From NCBI RefSeq assembly GCF_009914755.1, contig NC_060930.1: a DNA stretch of 64,000 nt. One strand, 5' to 3'. Under the pieces are notes generated by a model. It was not told the DNA's origin. It saw only the letters and a list, made by a program, of their open reading frames with translations, and did no database searches. The stretch comes from the human T2T-CHM13v2.0 reference genome, Homo sapiens. Shown one piece after another: positions 13,616 to 25,985 of the stretch. Position 1 is the first letter of the stretch; every line of letters starts with the position of its first letter. The translations under genes were made by a program, and so were the position numbers.

Positions 13616-16600
13616 TTCTCCCCATCAGGGGGCTACAGAGGCTGGCAAGTGGGGAGGATGGATAATGCTTTTGTAGAAAAGTGTTCTGAATATAACTTTT
13701 AACCTGAGATCTTAACAAAAGAATCATTCCCTGTAAGCCCTTTTTTTATCTGGTTCTCTGAATGTTATTACTTACTTCCACTCTAACTCTGGTGCTGTGG
13801 GTTTCTGTTTTCCTTCCCTCCGGCTCACCAGGCTCCCACCTCTTCTGCTGCAGCTCTTATTTTGGGTAGTTCTCACTCTTCTGCTCCTGCCTTTATTACT
13901 AATTTTTTTGTATTGACATTGGCATTTCTTAATGACAAATGCCATCTGTTATTTGGGTTTATCTGGTCTCTCTCCTGGCTGCAGATGTGCTTTTGCTGAG
14001 TGTTTAAAGAAGTCGGCTTCTGTTTCCTACATCTAAACTATTTTCATAATATTTCTAGTTTAAGACAGACCCTTCTCTCCTCCTGACACAATGACCTTGA
14101 GGGAATGAACTGGAATCAGTACCAATGCACCAGCCTGGCCTCTGCAGTGTATATCTCTACTCTGGCCTTCCTAAAAGGGATTCCTTTGTAGAAACTACTG
14201 ATGATTAGCAGGTCACCCTGGCTCCAACCCTGATTTCAGAGCCTTAGATTTGGGGATTCCTATTAGCCCAGTGTTTCTCATCATTTCTTTGCCTTAGGTT
14301 CAGCTGGCATCTTTACGGGAATTGAACTCCTAGAGGTGTGTAGTCCACAGTTTTAAATCTCCCTGTGTTCTTGACTCCCACGGAAGTTTTCTTTCTGGGA
14401 CCCCTTTTATTCCTTCTTTCCTCCCATTTCTTGAAATAATCAAAAGACTTTGGTGGGGAAATGTTCCCTTTAAAAGGGAAAAACTTTCTAGTTCCCTTGA
14501 TCCCTTTTCACCCTTCAAACTCTACTGTGAAATTAACCCCAGCAAGTCTCCATTATGTATCAGTACATTCTTTGTTTTTCTACCCAGGCCAGCTCTCTCC
14601 CTGCCAGTTCTCTGCATCCTCATGGAACGAGGGCAATTGATGCTATCTTTATCTTTCCAGATCTCGGATTCATAAGCCAAGACCTTATTTCTTTTCTCCT
14701 ACCAAGAGCGTGACCTGCTTGATTTTTCTCTTCTCTCTTTTACAGTTATTATAAAATTGTCTTGAATTCCTATTCCTTCCAGAATGCTGGAAAACTGATT
14801 TCCAATCTCTATTTTTACAAAGAAGTTTTCAAAAACAATATCTATTTTGCACAAGTGATTATGGCTAATTCATAAGAAAACAAACAGAATTTACGAACTT
14901 AGCAAATGTTGAGAATTATGAAAATGCCAGAAAAAAACATTTATATGCAGTTCTCTGAAGTCTTAATTCAAAATGAAATAGGAGCTAGGTTTGCTTTCTA
15001 GTATGCCTTTGGAAATTGTCCCTACCTTGACTTTCTGCATAAATGGTCCTCTGCCAACATCCGTGTTTTGTTTTGTTTTTCTTTGTTGGTTTTTGGCTGA
15101 AGAATCAGCTAGCCCAACAAAGCTAATTACATTTTAACTTCAGCAAAACTGAGGTTGACTTGACTGCTGGGTCTGCTGTTAGCCCATCCCTTCAAAAGCA
15201 TGCTTGATGGTCCATTTCTCTTTCATTCTGTATAGATAAGATTGATTCATTCATACTCATGGCTTCAATCATCACTCAGTTTATATCTGCACAGTCATCA
15301 CATTACTCAAATAAACATGTTTCTTACTCCTTAGCAAGATAATCATAATTAGCATGAAAATTTATCAACATACCTAAGCTCTATGTCAGTGACAATATCT
15401 TACCTAATGAGGTAAGACTGGGAGGTGTTACTTTTAGCAGAATGTACTTCATTATGAAGGCATAGGTTTAATGGGAATGTATCTTAAGGATTCTGTCTGT
15501 TCTTGCCTTGAAATATTAGGCTATGGAAACAAAAGATAACTCCAGGGTAAATATTTTTAAAAAGTAAGAATTAAATCTCCAAAAATAATGACTGAGGGCA
15601 AAATATTATTAATAAATTTATTGAATTTCAAAGTGCACTAAAATTTTTATGAAACAGGAGTTGGACAGAGGCTTAATTTATGCGTATAACATCATTTTGC
15701 AACTTATCTGAGTTCAGCAGAGATAAAATTCCTTTCATAAATAAAGAGGCGGCAATTTTTGGTGACTGAAAAAAAGGCAAAGGGCACAGCTATATTAGCA
15801 ATTTTGGTCTTGATCGACACCACAGGCATTCAGTAGCTACTATTTCAAATTCATTTTAAACTCTTTTTTGCATTTTAATAGTTTTGCTTCTAACACTAGA
15901 ATGCAAATGTGAATTTTTGCCTCTAGCGTGTTTTATTGCTACCTTGTCAAAATCACTAGAAATCTATATTATTCTAACACTACATTACATTTTTCAGAAA
16001 TCAGAAGGAGAAATAATGTATGAGTAAAGTCAGAGGGTATGAAAAGATGTTTTGTGAAAAAAGGGACAGAAAAAAATGTAGAAATATAGGAGGAAGGACT
16101 AATAAATGGGAGACATAGGAGAGAGACAAAGAAAAACAGAGGGAAAAATATGAGAGAGGGGTTTGGTAAATTATGATCATGGATGTTGAGACCAGTTGAA
16201 TGGATTTTGCTTTCCCTGTTTACTTAGATAATAAACACTTTCAATTTTTATCACTGTTGTTGGGAATACTCACTGTTTAGTAGTTAAGGATACTTCTTGC
16301 TTACTTGAAAGTAGTGTGACAGCTTTAGTTTTCAGAGTTCAAAGTTTTGCTTTTTTAAAAATAAACCTTATTAGATACTGATAATTTTACTAATTAATAA
16401 AATAATTTTTTTTATAAATTCATTTTGGAACTTTATAGATTTTGGTCAATTTAGTAGATGTGTTTAAATGCCTCTTTGACATTCAAATATTGACAGCAAT
16501 TTTTTATTTATACAGCAGAATATTTAATGCTGCCTTGTTCTGAAATAGCTGAAGGTTATACTTTGAATCAGCAGATTTTTTTACTTCTCAGCCTTTTCTT

Positions 16601-18329
16601 TCAGATAAAACTTAGGTTTATGATCTAATTAGGGATACCATATGGTGTCATCAACAATAACACAATGACACCATGATGGAAATAAAATGGCTGAGAGATC
16701 AATGGATTAGGCACTTTTCCATGATTTCCAATTTTTGTGAACAAATTATTCAGATAATGTTCTTCTGAATCAAATAATCAAAGCATCTGCCATTTGTTTA
16801 CTTGCTCTCATTGAAAATGCTTCATATCTGGACGATTCCAACTTCCATTTTTTTCTGATTTCCTGGAGTTGATGCTTCTTAATTCTTAGGCATAGTTTAT
16901 ATGGTCACAAAATCATTCCCAGACTGAGCATTGGAACCATTCTGTCCACTAGAACTTGATTTCTGCCTCCATCTTTGCTTCTCAGTCTGCCACTCTTTCC
17001 CTTTCTGACTATACATTGCTTTCTGAATCAACTGGAACTTTCATAACTCTATCTAACATTTTTATTTGCTTTTCCAACTTTAATTACACTTCCCTTTCTC
17101 ATGTTATTTTTCCAGTGGTACCTTTCTTGTTAATAGATTGCCCTCTTTTTGCCCCTACATTGTAACCTCCCATCTAGTATCTTTTCTTTAGACTGAACAC
17201 TCCAACAGTAGCGAAGTATAACTCCTCTCCTTTCATTTACTCACAACTCTCTCTATCTTTAAACCCAAGCTACAATTTTAGTTTTACATCTATGAATTTG
17301 AAATTAATATTTATTATCCCATGATAATTTATCTATTTATATGTATAGTTATGAAAGAATTTTATATAATCATTATATAGATCTTACAGATTTATTATCA
17401 AATTTAAATTATAACAATCTTTGGATTAAAATAATTGTTTATACATTATATATTATGCATTAAAATTATATATGGCATTTTATAGAAAAGGATTAGTATG
17501 GAATAACTTTATTCATGAGAAGGACAGTAAATAGTTGATGTTCTAAAAGAGTATTTTTTGGCAACATACAATCCAAGCACTTTGTACTCATTTTTTTAAC
17601 TATAAAATGTAAGCTGTTAATTGCTTGAAAACTTTTATAAAATACTTGCATGCCTTTGTGGTATTAATTTGTACTTCAGACTTGAATCTCTGATAGCTTT
17701 TTGAATTTCAAAAGAAATCACTACTTATATATTATTTTAAAAACTTGTTGAGCTTTCATCAGGGTAGTCTGACAACCTAAGCAACATTTTAGTTCCAAAA
17801 AACAAAAACATATCAAAGAGACCATATCCAAAACAATAAGGAGATTTTTAATTAGTCAAATTTTTTTTTGTCACCATATGGTGACAGTGGGATGGCTGAT
17901 GTGCAGGTGTGCACTAACCACAGCTAGGCTCATCTATTTATTTTGCCTAATAGCCGATCTGGAAAATAATGATGAAAAATATTGAGGAGGTAGAAAAAAC
18001 ACAGCTTGATTGAATATTCTGTGTACCACAAAACATTGGTGTATTGAAACATTGTGTTGAAAGTTGTTTTCAATCTAAAAAGTATATGTAATGAAGATAA
18101 AGGGAAAAATACTGAAGGGTTTGTAAAATGGTAAACTTGTGAGAGAATAAATTTTATAATTTGATATATGGTATATCTCAGGAATAACAGTGATTCATTT
18201 TCAACAGACTGGGAAATATAAAAGGCATTTGATTTTTATCTTAAAATATCTGCTAGTTTAATATAGTCAATGCTTAAAAATATATAGACTTTGGAATTAC
18301 ATCTGGAATTCCTTTTCTTTTCTGACACT

Positions 18330-18526
18330 TTGAGCTTTGTAACCCTTGGGAATTAAGTTCTCTGAGATTAAGTTACAGATGAGATTAAGTGATCTCATCT
18401 GTAAAAAAAGGTTACTATAATCCATGTCACATTTGAGGTTGTGAGGAGAATCAAATGAGTTAGTGCACATCAATTGTACTAGCAAAGAACACTACAGTGC
18501 ATAGTAGTTATATTTATCATCATTAC
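18330..18526 (+). mobile_element. MIR SINE with a 17-nt templated insertion
   Basis: ccttggg...ctctgag...ctcatctgtaaaa...ggttgtgaggagaatcaaatgag. Confidence 0.75.
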
Positions 18527-18869
18527 AGCTTTGCATTAAAAATAGCTTTGATTCATGACAAAACACAAAAGACTTTGAAACTATTTCTTTCATGGCAGAG
18601 GGCAGGTAGTACAGCAAAACTATAGTCTGATAAGAAAATAATTGGAAAGTACATTAATATTAATAACCATTATGGTTCTATATATTGAAATTGCATCAGA
18701 GACTTGACTGGATCGCTGAGGAGTATAATAGTTTCTATAAGCCTCTCGGTAGTAGCCCTCCAGATTGTGTAACGCACGTCTGCACTTTATTTTTATCCTG
18801 CTTCTGTCTGTCTCATTATAGGGGCTTGTGAAGAAGGTTTACTGAGGTTATATCAAATACCAAGTATCT

Positions 18870-19065
18870 GTGATATCTTTTCACTTATATTTTCTGTTTG
18901 CTCCTCACAATAATACTCTTCACTCAGCAATATTAGACCCTTTTCAATAAATGAGCAAGAGGAATGGAGAAGGGCATGACTTTGCCATAGTCATGTGTAC
19001 CAATAAGTGATGTACCCATACTAGAGCCAAGGTTTTTCTCATTGCCTAGCTCATTCTCCCACTAA
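18870..19065 (-). mobile_element. MIR fragment
   Basis: tcctcacaataat...ttttcaataaatgag...tgactttgccatagtcatg...ctagagccaagg. Confidence 0.55.
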
Positions 19066-19246
19066 TCTTCCATGATATTTCAAAGATTGTTATTTGTCCA
19101 TATTTCAAAGTTTTGAAAGGAGGGAAAGAAATTGTTTAGTAAATGTATGGGCAATTAATATACTTTGTTTAAATCATTCCATTAGTTGCTTTACATACAT
19201 GCTAATTCTTATCCTAACTTTATAAATCAGCCATTTTATTTTCCCT

Positions 19247-19345
19247 TGTGTCTATTAGGGTTCCATCGGCTACAATTAACAGAAAAGAATTAAACTCACA
19301 ATGGTATAATAAAAAAGGAAACAATTTTACATAACAATGTGCCCC
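19247..19345. mobile_element. Possible old MLT1 (MaLR) LTR end
   Basis: tgtgtctattagggttccatcggctacaattaacagaaaa...aactcacaatggtataat weakly resembles an MLT1 terminus. Confidence 0.35.
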
Positions 19346-19529
19346 AAAATAAGAGCAGAAATGACTATTGAGCCCACAAATTGCAGGAACCACTACACTC
19401 TTTCTTGGAGTGGGTGTATTGGGGTGTATGCATCTGGTGGCGGGGGAATGCTGACCACCCTTGAGATTTAACCTGTCTAAACGTCAAAAAAATGCCAAAT
19501 ATTTGACTTACATTGTCTTATCAAGACTG

Positions 19530-19681
19530 GCATTATATAGATTAAATAAAGAAGAAATTGAACTTCAGCTATGTCAAATGAGTTATTCAAGGTTATACAA
19601 ATCATAATTGGTAAACTGGGCATTCAAATCCAAGCTTTTCTAATTTAAATAAAATCTGTAGTTTCTTCAGTGACCACATTG
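19530..19681 (-). mobile_element. MIR fragment
   Basis: gaagaaattgaacttcag...gagttattcaaggttatacaa...ctgggcattcaaatccaag. Confidence 0.6.
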
Positions 19682-20029
19682 CTTTTTTCATGTAAATGTC
19701 TGGGAATACCTGGAGTTGATCCATTCAGCTGCTTTAATTAAAATATAGGGTAGGTGTTCATGTGTTCATTTTATGTGGAGATTTATTTATTTATTTGGAC
19801 AATATTTATAAGTGCAATCTAATTGGAAAGATTGAATTGTTATTATCCTGCCTGATTCTTGCAACTTCTTAGCATGTCCATGATCAAGAAAGAACCTTGA
19901 AGATATTAAAGTTCTCTTCAACTGTGGGCCCATGTTTTACTGGTTCTGTAATATAGACTGTATTTTCCATATTTATTTGGACCCGCTAAAATTTGCATCA
20001 CAGCTCATTTTTTTTTTTTTTCCTAGAGT

Positions 20030-20250
20030 TGTAGGGGAGCAACTCAGAGCAACCCACAGAGCTAGCATTTCTTTCCAACTTTGCTTTCAGGAATATCACA
20101 GTAGTAGCTTGAAATCACCAGTGGTAGGAGTATTTACACCATAGATATTGACAAACACTGCAAATAAGAGCTCTCTCCTTCTTCCCTTGCCCACTTCTTA
20201 CCTTCTGCCCTGAAAGAGCTAATTGTTAAACTTTTTTGAGTTCATCATTG
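20030..20250 (+). mobile_element. MER63 (hAT-Blackjack) DNA transposon
   Basis: gtagcttgaaatc...ggtaggagtatttacaccatagatattgacaaacactgcaaat...gagctaattgttaaac. Confidence 0.75.
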
Positions 20251-20944
20251 CTCTTAATTCTTTTACCAGGAAGCTTGCTGACATATTTAGGTGATTTGTG
20301 GAGAGTCTGCATCCAGGCAAAATGTTTTATCCTCCTGTTCCCTAGAGATAAGCTCTGACTTCTGAAAATGATTTAGTTTCTATGAGCCTGTAAATTTAAG
20401 ATTCAAATATTTTTTCTTTATTATAGGATTTATTAATATTCTCATGTTCTTTATTTTCCATGAAGAGACATTGTGATAAAGCCGGCTTTCTTCATTTCTC
20501 ACGTAGGAGCTTATCTTTCTACATGGGATATTCGGCAGTTTTCAAGTTCTACTCAAGAATGTTTTGTTGAAATGGCCCTCTCTTTCAAAAAGTACCACTA
20601 CATTTTATAACATATTTATCAATAAATTGCTTCAATTTGCCTTGAACAACCTTTCAGTAAAGGCCAGTTTTTAAGGGAAAATTTTACTTCTGCCGTATCA
20701 ACAGTTTTAAGTGTTAAACATGCACAGTTCTTATAAAGGTTCTTATAGCAATATATCTATATATAATTCATAGCATTTTATAATAATTCCAAATTTAGAG
20801 CCACAGTTATAGATGCTAATGTCCCCAATTCAAATTATATTCAATAAAAGCCTTGGCATTAAAAACGATATGTTTTAGAATGTTACATCATAACAAATTT
20901 TAATCTAAAAATGTTGTAGGTGTCCAAAATGAGGAAAATAAAAT

Positions 20945-21090
20945 GAAAGTTATTTTATAGAAAGTCTTCCTAAATGGGTAAAATAAACATGAGATTTTGT
21001 GTAGATAAGTGCAAGGTGATGCATTTAGGGAAAAGTGATTCTACTTATAAGGCAGTTGGCTCCAAGAGAGCTCCTGTACTGGGAAAGCGC
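20945..21090 (+). mobile_element. CR1/L3 LINE ORF2 relic
   Basis: Translates to MRFCVDKCKVMHLGK...TYK..GS, matching the CR1 post-RT motif MxFNxxKCKVMHLGxxN. Confidence 0.75.
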
Positions 21091-21693
21091 TGGAAGCACC
21101 ATTTTTTTTTAAGAATTTCATGTACTTCTATTGATTCAAGTGTTCTTCATATCACTAGCCATATTTAATAAAGATATAAAAATTAAACTAAATATTTCTT
21201 AAATTTTATAAATTAATAAAACATTATTTTCTATCTACCATGTTATGTAAGCTTTGTTAATGTGTCTCAAGAAAAAAATATGGAGAAATTTCAGTGGACA
21301 GATGATTTGTTCTAGAAAATGTGAGGGCAAGGATGTGAGTGAGAACAATGAAAAGAAATTGTATATTTTATTTCAGAAAGCTGAGGCCTGGTAGAAAGAA
21401 TAACTGATGGATAAAATCTCAATGTTGAAACGATATAATGAACACAATCTATTCACTGAGTTGAAATAGGATAGAATGGGGAGGAACTTCTTGAAATCAT
21501 ATTAAACAGTAAATACAAAACTTCTAAAACCTTTTCTTGAAGAAGGAATAAAGTTTCAAAATGGGCTCAAAATCATTCTAACATTGTTCAGCCTTTCTTA
21601 AATGTTTTGCCTATTTTAAATGTTCAAACTCTTTACTTTCTCTTAAATTATTAAGGAAGGGTGTTTAGGGATGTTTTAAAAAACCATGGATGT

Positions 21694-21874
21694 GAGTGGT
21701 TCACAAATGTTCGTGTGTTCAGAGTCATAACAATGTTTGCTCAAAATGGAGACTTTTAAGCCCTACGACAGATCTACTGAATTAGAATTTTTGCAGATTG
21801 GAGCCCAGGAATCTAAATTTTAACAAATACCAGAGATGATATAGCTAAGCCATGGACCACTTAGAGAATTACCG
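21694..21874. mobile_element. MER5A (hAT-Charlie) MITE
   Basis: gagtggttcacaaa...gatctactgaattagaa...gcccaggaatctaaattttaacaa...ggaccacttagagaattaccg. Confidence 0.75.
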
Positions 21875-21939
21875 CTTTTTGTTGATGTCAAGAAAAAACA
21901 TCCTAGGATAGTTTTACAAAACATGACTGCCTCCTACTA

Positions 21940-22277
21940 ACATATGTTCTAGTGCCTCTGTCAGCTCCACTTAGAGTGATCTGCCACTGACTCATTGAAC
22001 AAGTCTTATGTTGTTACGCCTTTTGTATTTTCTCAAGTTGTTCCCTCTTGCTGAAATTCCCTTCTCTCCATATTTACTTATTGAGGTCATATTCATTTCT
22101 CAAGACCCATTTTATGTCTCATCTCTTCTGGGAAATCTTCCTCAGTACTCAGTCAAAATCTGTCTCTCAACCCTGTGTTTCCATAAGACTTTGCACGTAC
22201 AGCATTTATCACAGTATACCTTGTACTTATACGGAGTTATTTTACCTACTGTGTAAGTGCTAATCTATCAGCTAGAG
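21940..22277 (+). mobile_element. L2 3' region, left of the MER58 insertion
   Basis: gttgttccctcttgctgaaattccc...tattcatttctcaagaccc...tcttctgggaaatcttcc. Confidence 0.6.
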
Positions 22278-22494
22278 CAAGAGGTTGGCAAATTATGGTC
22301 TGCAGGCAAAACCTGGCCCACTGCCTGTTTTGTAAATAGTGTCTTATGGGAACACAGCCACGTCTATTTGATGACACATTGTTTAAGGCTGCCTTTGCGC
22401 TGTAACAGCAGAGTTGAGTAGTGATGACAGGGACAAATGGTCCTCAAAGCCTAAAATATTTACCATCTGGTTCTTTAGAGTTTGCTAGCCTCTG
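22278..22494 (+). mobile_element. MER58A (hAT-Charlie) MITE
   Basis: caagaggttggcaaattatgg...ctggcccactgcctgttttgtaaata...ggaacacagccac...aaagcctaaaatatttaccatctgg...tttgctagcctctg. Confidence 0.9.
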
Positions 22495-22600
22495 AACTAA
22501 AATGTGTGGTGTATTGTGTCCTAATTATGTACTAGCACTTAATAGAATGTTTTGTAGAGAGTTGGTACTCTTATAAGTTATATAAAGTAATTGGTGAAAG
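22495..22600 (+). mobile_element. L2 3' terminus, right of MER58
   Basis: tagcacttaatagaatg...gttggtactc resembles the L2 end. Confidence 0.45.
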
Positions 22601-22708
22601 GATGAAGAATGAGTTGGAAATATATGTTTATTATGCCAACAGGGTAAATATAAACTCTTTTTCTATTCCTGCCTTAGTTGGTTTTTAAGTCCGTGTCCCT
22701 GATGTTAT

Positions 22709-22923
22709 TAGTGCTTCAATAGAACCTTCTGTGATGATCTGTATCTATACTGTATTCTGTATCTATGCTGTCCAGTGCAATAGCCACTAGGCCTATATGG
22801 CTATGGAACATTTTAGGTATGACTAGTGTGACCGAATAATTGAATGTTAACTTTATTGAATTTTAATTAATATAAAGTTAGTTAAAATTTTGTAGTTAGT
22901 GACCACCATATTGGACAATGTAG
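22709..22923 (+). mobile_element. MER3 (hAT-Charlie) MITE
   Basis: caatagaaccttctgtgatgat...tgctgtccagtgcaatagccactag...accatattggacaatgtag. Confidence 0.85.
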
Positions 22924-24482
22924 ATAGGGGCACAAATAATTACACCTCAAAACGAACAGCATACAATGAGAGTGAGAGCGTAAGATAAATTAATTTAAGT
23001 CATATTATAAATTCTATAAGAGAACTCTGATGCCTCTGTTTAATTAACAGTTACACATTGGAAAGATACTCTTTGTGATCCCTAGTTGTGTTTTGGCTAA
23101 GCGCTCAATGTTTAGATGTGAAGAAATTAGAAACCAGTTCCAAAAATTAGAAAAGCTCTTACAGATACAATTTCTCTTCTCCTATTTTCTTTTTTTTTCT
23201 TTTGAATCTATAGGAATCACAAAAACCTTTTTTTTAGTGGTCTTTCAACATTTCATTGATGATTTGGCATCAATTCAAAGAGCAAATGATACCAAGATAA
23301 AGTGAAAAAAAGGAAATTAGAAACACCCATTGCTTCACATAGAAATTCTATGTGTGAGTATGTATATGCTGAGGTTGGGCATGGGGGAGTGATAAGGGTC
23401 AGAAAGAAGAGAGAGAGACTGATTGACAGCTTTGGGTGCATTATCACTGGTAGTGATGAAAAGGAGGGCTTTCATGTTTCAACAACTCATTTAGGTAATT
23501 ACCATTGTTCCACTTGCGTTTACTGAAATTTCATTAAACTTCTTTGTGCATATGAACATATTTGATATGAATCCTACAGCCGTGGAAAGTGCAAAATCAA
23601 GGAATCAACTATGAATTGATATGTTTAAGCCTATGGACCTGCTTTGGGGAAGAGAGTAGAGACCTAGCTTGCATATGATGAAATGGAGTAGTTTTTCTGG
23701 AAGTTGATTTTTCTGGTTCTTCAACTGCTAAACTAGAATGTATCCATAGTAGAAAGAGGTGGCTTCTTTAGCATCAACTGCTAAGACAGCCCTAAATTCA
23801 TATGCCTGGTATAAATCCATGGCACACCTCCCTGATCTGCAAGAACACCCCTCAGGCTATGCATTTCTTTTTCATAATTGTATTTTTTTCTTATGACTAA
23901 CCTTGGGCTTTTTAATTTTACCTGATTCGAGTTCAATAAAAATGTTGAAGAGGCAAGTACTCAGTGAAATTTGTATCAGAAACTCTAACCTCTGGAAGGG
24001 AAGTATGACTTATCAAAGATACAAGTGAGATTAATTGATTATGTTAATGCAGTCTCTTTATTCAAGGTGAGAAATGAGTGTTAGAATACTGAATCTATTA
24101 CCATTTATAAAACCAAGTGCATTCTTTGCATAGAATAAAGTACAATATCTCAAATCAAGAAAAAATGAAAAAAGAAAAGAAATGACCATATGTGTTTTAT
24201 TTTAGTCCTGCACTCTCTTCTTCCCACGGTTACCATAAGAATCCCACTGAATTTATGGGAAACACTCGCCTGACTTCTCCATGCTGCTGTAGACAGTGAC
24301 ACACACAGGGTGGAAGGAAGTTGTTTCTGCTGTTACCTTTCAGAGTCTGCAGAGCAATAAAATACCAGGTTAGATGATTATAATGATTGTTGTCTTCTTG
24401 TCACAGATAATCATTTTAATACAATGTTTAAGCTTTCTGAAAGTTTTTTGTTCTTCAAAATGGGCGAGATATACACCTAAAT

Positions 24483-25116
24483 GGATGTGGAGAAATAGGA
24501 ACACATTTACACTGTTGGTGGGACTGTAAACTAGTTCAACCATTGTGGAAGACAGTGTGGTGATTCCTCAGGGATCTAGAACTAGAAATACCATTTGACC
24601 CAGCCATTCCATTACTGGGTATATACCGAAAGGAATATAAATCATGCTGCTGTAAAGATACACGCACACATATGTTTATTGTGGCACCACTCACAATAGC
24701 AAAGACTTGGAACCAACCCAAATGTCCAACAATGATAGACTGGATTAAGAAAATGTGGCACATATACACCATGGAATACTATGCAGCCATAAAAAAGGAT
24801 GAGTTCATGTCCTTTGTAGGGACATGGATGAAGCTGGAAACCATTATTCTCAGCAAACTATCACAAGGACAAAAAACCAAACACTGCGTGTTCTCACTCA
24901 TAGGTGGGAATTGAACAAAGAGAACACTTGGACACAGGAAGGGGAACATCACACACTGGGGCCTGTTGTGGGGTGGGGGCAGGGGGGAGGGATAGTATTA
25001 GGAGATATACCTAATGTAAATGACGAGTTAATGGGTGCAGCACACCAACGTGGCACATGTATATATATGTAACAAACCTGCACGTTGTGCACATGTACCC
25101 TAGAACTTAAAGTATA

Positions 25117-25120
<4 letters not shown>
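24483..25120 (+). mobile_element. L1PA (about PA4-5) 3' end, ORF2 C-terminus plus 3' UTR
   Basis: ORF 24672-24914 (AKTWNQPKCPTMIDWIKKMWHIYTMEYYAAIK) is the L1 ORF2p C-terminus. The 3' UTR runs to aagtataataa. Confidence 0.97.

Positions 25121-25155
<35 letters not shown>
25121..25155. repeat. (AT)17 microsatellite at the L1 tail
   Basis: Pure (AT)n directly after aataa. Confidence 0.95.
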
Positions 25156-25158
<3 letters not shown>

Positions 25159-25686
25159 TATCATCTCAACTTCAATAAGCTATAGATGTATGTATTTATA
25201 ATAAAGCGCTCTGGTCTCCCCTAAATTATCTTAGCAGAGGAAAGGAAAGGAAAGCTCTACTTTAAATGGGTGTATATGCCCAACAAGGTGGCAATCCCTA
25301 GTATTCAGTAAATTCTTCTTTCCCAATATAAAGATTTTTAAATAAGAGAAGGGAGAACAAGACAATAAAAATAAATGTTTAGAAATGTGGATTAAGCATC
25401 TTTTTAATGTATGATATTTAATTTATTAATGCAACTACACAATAAATTTTCATTAATCATTTTTTCATTTGCATTTTATGAAACAATTTTCTTCATTCTT
25501 CTTATATATATATTCTACAGTTGTGTCTACATTATTCATGTTTTTTTAGTTATCTAACACAGATTTACAATATAATCATTTCCTACTAAATCATTAAAAA
25601 TTTAGCACTTTTGAAATCTATGTATGATTTTATTCCAAGCCACCCATATGAATTTCCACAAAGTAAATATTTTAAAAAATTGATCT

Positions 25687-25985
25687 TGTGGTGTTTGGTT
25701 TTCTGTTCCTATGTTAGTTTGCTGAGAATGATGGTACACCACATGTTCTCACTCATAAGTGGGAATTGAACAATGAGAACACATGGACACAGGGAGGGGA
25801 ACATCACACACTGGGGCCTGTTGCGGGGCGGGGGTTGTGTAGGGGAGAGATAGCATTAGGAGAAATACCTAATGTAGATGATGGGTTGATGGGTGCAGCA
25901 AACTACCATGGCACGTGTACGTCTATGTGACAAATCTGCACTTTCTGCACATGTATCCCAGGACTTTAAAGTATAATAATAATTT
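25687..25985 (+). mobile_element. L1PA (about PA7-8) 3' end with 5' inversion
   Basis: 25687-25735 is inverted L1 and 25736 onward is sense L1. TSD aaaaattgatcttg at 25675-25688 and 25986-25999. Confidence 0.93.
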
